Positions 58,830 to 64,000 of a DNA stretch of 64,000 nt are shown here, piece by piece (within the stretch, counting starts at the first letter, position 1; every line of letters starts with the position of its first letter). The notes under the pieces are model-generated. The model had not been told where the DNA came from. It made no database searches and was given only the letters and a program-made list of their open reading frames with translations. The stretch lies in assembly GCA_049320885.1 (NCBI GenBank), contig JBMORA010000001.1, positions 44,509 through 108,508 on the forward strand. Direction: 5' to 3'. Origin of the DNA: Thermodesulfobacteriota bacterium. Its GTDB lineage: Bacteria > Desulfobacterota > Desulfobacteria > Desulfobacterales > SURF-7. The position numbers and the translations under genes were made by a program.

Positions 58830-61800
58830 ATGCGAAAAAGCATTTTTCTTCTAGTGGTGATTCTTTCCGCGATCTTCCTTTCAGCCGGCGGACCGGTCTG
58901 GGGAGCGCCCGCCCGGAAAATTTCGGAAGCCAAACAATGGTTGGTCAAGGGCTTGTCCTACGGGAAAAAGGGGGATTACGAAAAGGCCGTCGATAGTTTC
59001 AATAAAGCCATTGAACTGAATCCCCGCATGGACAGCGCCTACCTGAACCGGGGGATCGCCTGGAGCAAACAGAAACAATACGAAAAGGCCATCGAGGATT
59101 TCGATAAAGCCATTGAACTGAATCCGCGAAACACCAAAGCCGGGTACTACAAAACCCTGACCATGGAAGAATTCGGCACGGCTGCCGGTGGAAAAGCCGC
59201 CTCCCCTGTTGAGACCGCCAATGACTTGTACGCAAAGGGAATGGAAAAAAAGCGGAAGGGAGAATTTGAAAAAGCCATCGCCGACTTCAGGGCCGCCATT
59301 GAAACCGACCCGAACTTCGGTCCGGCCTATACCCAAAGGGGTCTTGCCTGGGACAAACTCGAAAATTTCGACCAGGCTCTAGCCGATTACGACAAGGCCC
59401 TGGAACTCGCTCCAAAATCGCCTGAGAATTACGTCTACCGCGGCATTGTCTGGGACAAGAAAGGCGATTACGATCAGGCTGTCGCCGATTACAGCCGGGC
59501 CCTGGAAATCCAGCCCGACAATCCGAAAACCTATACCTATCGCGGATTCGCCTATGACAAAAAAGGCGATATCGACCTGGCCATTGCGGATTACAATCAA
59601 GCCCTCAAACTGGATCCCCAATTCGCGGAAGCCTTCAATTACCGCGGTCTGGCGCTGTACAAACAAGGCCGCATCGACCTGGCCATCGCCGATTATACGC
59701 GCGCCATCGAAATCAACCCCCGTTTTGCCGAGGCCTATAATTTCCGGGGCATCGCCTGGGGTAAGCAGGGAAATCTGCAGCGAGCCGTGGAGGATTTCAA
59801 CAAGGCCCTCGAGATCAATCCGGAATATGCGGCCGAAAAGCAGAAACAACAGGCCCTCACGACAACCGCGACAGTGGCGACGGACGAGCAGATCGGCAGC
59901 CGGCCGGCTGAGCAACTCAGAGCGGAAGACTGGCTGAATATCGGCATCGCCCGGATGAAAAACGGCGGCATTGATCAGGCCATCGGTGACTTCACCAAAG
60001 CCATCGAAATGATGCCCGGCTTCACGGCAGCCCTGCTCCAGCGGGGAATCGCCTGGAATGCGAAAGGGGAATATGACAAGGCCCTGTCGGACCTGGACAA
60101 GGTGCTGACGGTGGACCCGGGACATCATGAGGCGCTGAAGCAGAAAGGCCTCGCCTGGAACCGGAAGGGAGATCCGGATAAGGCCATCGCGATCTACAAT
60201 CAGGCCCTCCAGACCACCCCCCGGTCGGCGGAATTGTATACCCTGCGGGGAATCGCCTGGGACCAGAAAGGGAATCTCGATCAAGCCCTTGCCGATTTCA
60301 CCCAGGCGTTGGCATTCGACCCGAATCACGCCGAAGCCTACAAGCAGCGCGGCGTCATCTGGGGTAAAAAGGGCGATCTTCCCAAAGCCATTGCCGATTA
60401 TAACAAATCCATGGCGCTTGCTGCCGACGGCAGCCGGAAACCGGCGGCTTCGACAACGGCGGCTTCGACAACGGCGGCTTCGACAACGGCGGCGGCTTCA
60501 ACGGCGGCGGCTTCCCGGAAAGAAGTCGTGGCAGCCCCGGTGGGTATGGATGAGGATGCGACCATCTCCGCCAGCGACCATTTCAACATTGCCATCACCT
60601 GGGGCAAAAAAGGCGATTATGACCGCGCCATTGAAGAATTCTCCAACGCCATCAAGGTCAACCCCCGCTTTGCCAAGGCCTATTTCAACCGGGGTCTGGC
60701 CTGGAACAATAAAAACAACTATGAACAGGCCATAGCGGATTTCAACAGGGCCGTGGAACTGAACCCCCGGTACGCCAAGGCCTTCGCCCAGAGGGGAGCC
60801 GCCTGGGACCGGGTTGGGGATTTCGACCAGGCCATCAACGATTTCAACAAGGCCCTGGAAATCAACCCGCGGTATACGGAAGTGTATTTATACAGAGGCA
60901 TCACCTGGTCAAAAAAAGGGGATATCGATCAGGCGCTCGATGATTTTGAAAAAGTCCTTTCCCTAAATCCCCGCGACGCGGAAGTCTATAACCGGCGTGG
61001 AATTTTATGGACAAAAAGAGGCGAAAAAGAGCGGGCCTTGACCGATTTCAACATGGCCATCGAACTCGATCCCAAATTCGCGGATGCCTACTTCAACCGT
61101 GGGCTGGTCTTGCTGAACTCCGGCAACCACCGCCAGGCCATAGCCGATTTTAACAAGTCCCTCGGGCTGTCGCCGAATCAACCCCAGGCCTATCTGCAAC
61201 GAGGATTCGCCTGGGTCAGGGAAAGCAACTATGATCAGGCGATCCAGGATTTCACGCGGGCCATCGAACTGTCACCCCGGGAGGCGGAGCCCTATCTCCA
61301 ACGAAGCATGGCCTGGATGCAAAAGAAAAACATGACCAAGGCGTTGAAGGATTTGGACATGACCCTCAAACTCAACCCGGATTACCCGGACGCCTATGCC
61401 CATCGCGGGAATATCTGGCTTGAGAGGGGGGAGGCCGACAATGCCCTGCGCGATCTCAATCGCGCCATTGAGCTGAAACCTGATTCCGCCGAAGCCTATT
61501 GCAACAGGGGGATTGCCTGGAGCAAAAAAGGCGACAATGAAAAGGCGATGAATGATTTCAACCGGGCCATCCAGCTCAATCCCGAATTCGCCGCGGCTTA
61601 TTACCAGCGCGGTATGTTGTCCAATAACGCCGGGCATTACTACCAGGCCATCGCCGACTATAACAAGGCCCTGAAAATCAACCCGCGCTTCGCCAAGGCC
61701 TACAATCAACGCGGGATCGCCTGGAACAATAAGGACAATATGGACCAGGCCATTTCGGATTACAACAAGTCCCTGGAATTGGAACCGGACTACGGAGCGG

Positions 61801-62570
61801 CCTATTTCAACCGCGGTCTTGCCTACGGCAAGAAAAACGACTTCGACAAAGCCCTCGCCGATTTTTCGAGCGCCTTGAAATGCTTCCCCAATCACGCCAT
61901 GTCCTATGTCCAGCGCGGTATCATCTGGGGCAAGAAAAATGACCCCAACAAGGCCATTGAGGACTTTAACAAGGCCCTGCTGGCCGACCCGCTCTTCAGC
62001 GAGGCTTACCTCCACCGCGGTCTTGCCTATGCCTCGAAAAACGAATACGGAGCCGCCATCAAGGACTTTTCCGAAGCCATCGAAATCGACCCGAATTTCG
62101 CGGAGGCCTATTATCATCGAGGGATTGCCTGGGACCACATGGGCCAATTGGATAAGGCCGTCGCCGACAACAAGAAAGCCCGGTCCATCAATCCCAAATT
62201 CGATGACATCTCCTATGACCAGGGGGAACTGGGCGACCAGCAGAAAGAAATGGCCGCGAAAGTCAACATCAACCCCGATGCCAAAAATTTTCTGGATCAG
62301 GGCATGGCGTGGGATAAAAAAGGCGATTACGACAAGGCCATCGAAGTCTATACAAAAGCCCTGGAAATCAGTCCGAATTACGCCTCCGCTTATTTTTATA
62401 AAGGCATTGCCTGGTATAACAAAGGAGACATGAACCAGGCGCTTGCGGATCTCAAAAAGGCCTTGAGCCTTGATCCCGAAAACAATACGTATCAGAAAAT
62501 CATTGCCACCATTGATTCAAAGATGAAACGAAAGACCACCGAAGGGGAAGCCGGTCAGGGCGGTGTATAG
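58830..62570 (+). CDS. Exported giant tetratricopeptide-repeat protein (about 31 TPRs)
   Basis: Signal peptide; repeated AYxNRGxAWxxKGDYDxAIxDFNKAIExNP units in five blocks. Confidence 0.92.
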   Translation: MRKSIFLLVVILSAIFLSAGGPVWGAPARKISEAKQWLVKGLSYGKKGDYEKAVDSFNKAIELNPRMDSAYLNRGIAWSKQKQYEKAIEDFDKAIELNPRNTKAGYYKTLTMEEFGTAAGGKAASPVETANDLYAKGMEKKRKGEFEKAIADFRAAIETDPNFGPAYTQRGLAWDKLENFDQALADYDKALELAPKSPENYVYRGIVWDKKGDYDQAVADYSRALEIQPDNPKTYTYRGFAYDKKGDIDLAIADYNQALKLDPQFAEAFNYRGLALYKQGRIDLAIADYTRAIEINPRFAEAYNFRGIAWGKQGNLQRAVEDFNKALEINPEYAAEKQKQQALTTTATVATDEQIGSRPAEQLRAEDWLNIGIARMKNGGIDQAIGDFTKAIEMMPGFTAALLQRGIAWNAKGEYDKALSDLDKVLTVDPGHHEALKQKGLAWNRKGDPDKAIAIYNQALQTTPRSAELYTLRGIAWDQKGNLDQALADFTQALAFDPNHAEAYKQRGVIWGKKGDLPKAIADYNKSMALAADGSRKPAASTTAASTTAASTTAAASTAAASRKEVVAAPVGMDEDATISASDHFNIAITWGKKGDYDRAIEEFSNAIKVNPRFAKAYFNRGLAWNNKNNYEQAIADFNRAVELNPRYAKAFAQRGAAWDRVGDFDQAINDFNKALEINPRYTEVYLYRGITWSKKGDIDQALDDFEKVLSLNPRDAEVYNRRGILWTKRGEKERALTDFNMAIELDPKFADAYFNRGLVLLNSGNHRQAIADFNKSLGLSPNQPQAYLQRGFAWVRESNYDQAIQDFTRAIELSPREAEPYLQRSMAWMQKKNMTKALKDLDMTLKLNPDYPDAYAHRGNIWLERGEADNALRDLNRAIELKPDSAEAYCNRGIAWSKKGDNEKAMNDFNRAIQLNPEFAAAYYQRGMLSNNAGHYYQAIADYNKALKINPRFAKAYNQRGIAWNNKDNMDQAISDYNKSLELEPDYGAAYFNRGLAYGKKNDFDKALADFSSALKCFPNHAMSYVQRGIIWGKKNDPNKAIEDFNKALLADPLFSEAYLHRGLAYASKNEYGAAIKDFSEAIEIDPNFAEAYYHRGIAWDHMGQLDKAVADNKKARSINPKFDDISYDQGELGDQQKEMAAKVNINPDAKNFLDQGMAWDKKGDYDKAIEVYTKALEISPNYASAYFYKGIAWYNKGDMNQALADLKKALSLDPENNTYQKIIATIDSKMKRKTTEGEAGQGGV
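60442..60516 (+). repeat. 15-bp coding VNTR (CGGCGGCTTCGACAA x3 plus 2 degenerate), encoding an ASTTA linker
   Basis: Read directly. Confidence 0.9.
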
Positions 62571-62590
62571 GAGTTTCCGGCACTTGCCCC

Positions 62591-63889
62591 CTATCGGGAG
62601 AGCAGCACCAGACTGATATCCGGCAGATAAGTCACCAGGGCCAGCACGACAAACATCAGCACCAGATAGGGCCAGGTTGCGCGGTAAATCATACCGACGG
62701 GCTTTTCAAACCGCAGGCTTGCAATGAACAGGTTCATTCCCACCGGAGGAGTGGAATACCCGATTTCCAGATTGACCAGAAAAATAATGCAGAGTTGAAT
62801 GGGGTCCACCCCGTACGTTCTTGCGATGGGCGCAATGATGGGAACGATGATGATGATGGCCGAAAAAATATCCATGATGCAGCCGACCACCAGCAGAAAC
62901 AGATTCAACCCCGCGAGAAACAGGTAGCGGTTGTCCGTCAGACGGGTCAACAGGGTAAGGAGCCGATCGGGGATTTGCTCGTCGATCAGGAATCCGGTGA
63001 AGCCCAGCGCAATTCCCAAAATCACGATAATCGCACCGGACAACACAACGCTTTCGATGACGATGGCCGGCAGCCGGCTGAAAAACTTCACTTCCCGCTT
63101 CAGGAAACAAGCCACCAGGATCACGTAAATGACGACGATGGCCGCGACTTCCGCTATGGTGACATAGCCTCCATATACGCCGACAATGATAATGATCAGG
63201 ATCGGCCAGTCCCAGGAGGCCTCCCATAACCGCCGGATCAGTTCTCTCCCGGAAAAGCCGGCGGTCATCTGCCGAGGTTCGGCGCCTCCGTGCAGGAAAT
63301 AGTGATGCAGAATGATATAAGCCGCCACCAGCCCGACGGACAGGATGCCGGGAAGCAGCGCCGCCTTGAAAATGTCCTGGATGGGGACCTGGGCCACGAC
63401 GCCATACAGAATGATCGGCAGACTCGGCGGAAAGAGCAACCCCAGACTGCCGGAAGTCGTCAGCAGGCCGAGTGAAAACGTCTCCGGATTACGATTCTGC
63501 AACAGGATCGGGTACAGAATCCCGCCCAAGGCCACGATGGTGACGCCGCTGGCCCCGGTCAGAGCGCCGAAGAAGACGCAGGCTCCCACCGCGGCCATGG
63601 CCATGCCGCCCGGCAGCCATCCAAAGGCGGCCTGCATGCAGTTCATGATTCTTTTCGGGCTCTGGGTCTCGGTCAACAGGCAGCCGACAAAGGTGAAAAG
63701 AGGTAAGGCGACCAGAACCGGCACCGTGGCCAGACGGTTCAGCTCGATGAGGATCATCTGCAGGGACAGCCAGTCATGCTCGACAAAATACAGGCAAACG
63801 ATGGACAGGGCGGCAATGACGGTAAACAGGGGGGTTTCGATGAAGAGAAAAAAAAGGATGATGACAATCAGGAGGAGCGTTGTATTCAT
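62591..63889 (-). CDS. dctM: TRAP transporter large permease
   Basis: ALPLFTFVG, GSLGLLFPPSLP, EIGYSTPPVGMNLF; about 12 TM helices. Confidence 0.92.
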   Translation of the reverse strand: MNTTLLLIVIILFFLFIETPLFTVIAALSIVCLYFVEHDWLSLQMILIELNRLATVPVLVALPLFTFVGCLLTETQSPKRIMNCMQAAFGWLPGGMAMAAVGACVFFGALTGASGVTIVALGGILYPILLQNRNPETFSLGLLTTSGSLGLLFPPSLPIILYGVVAQVPIQDIFKAALLPGILSVGLVAAYIILHHYFLHGGAEPRQMTAGFSGRELIRRLWEASWDWPILIIIIVGVYGGYVTIAEVAAIVVIYVILVACFLKREVKFFSRLPAIVIESVVLSGAIIVILGIALGFTGFLIDEQIPDRLLTLLTRLTDNRYLFLAGLNLFLLVVGCIMDIFSAIIIIVPIIAPIARTYGVDPIQLCIIFLVNLEIGYSTPPVGMNLFIASLRFEKPVGMIYRATWPYLVLMFVVLALVTYLPDISLVLLSR

Positions 63890-63925
63890 GATCGTCCGGG
63901 CTTGGTCGTCTGTTGCTCTTCGGAA

Positions 63926-64000
63926 TCATTGACCGATTGACCCTGTCCGTTGAAACGAAAAACGATATCGGTGCAATAGCGGAAGGCGGCAAGGGCGAAA
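63926..64000 (-). CDS. Probable TRAP small permease (DctQ), C-terminal end only
   Basis: Frame FALAAFRYCTDIVFSFQRTGSIGQ* directly upstream of dctM; partial. Confidence 0.55.
   Translation of the reverse strand, partial: FRPCRLPLLHRYRFSFQRTGSIGQ

Overview
GC-rich bacterial chromosomal window. Gene content and sequence style suggest Desulfobacterota/deltaproteobacteria (inference). The right two-thirds (24.9-64 kb) is mostly housekeeping: sigma-32-like factor, dGTPase, mutS, amidase, paaK, rpsT, lptE-leuS, Rne/Rng, yajC-secDF, cpoB, dprA-topA, metXW, a porin/binding-protein pair, a 31-repeat TPR protein and a TRAP transporter. The left third holds nrdJ (partial), an MCP, mutY, a hybrid kinase and ihfB, then accessory DNA ending at tRNA-Arg(UCU), next to what looks like an integrase remnant. 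The strongest candidate for an undescribed system is a tightly coupled operon at 8.8-20.5 kb. It encodes a B12 radical SAM enzyme, a reductase-SCP2 fusion, an alpha/beta hydrolase, an EhpF-like adenylating enzyme, a tandem U32 protein, a class III aminotransferase and an MMPL exporter, plus a convergent second B12 radical SAM gene. It looks like an oxygen-independent pathway that makes and exports a modified lipid or lipid amine; the product is unknown. A candidate anti-Shine-Dalgarno sRNA lies downstream of topA. Family assignments come from motif recognition by eye, not database searches.
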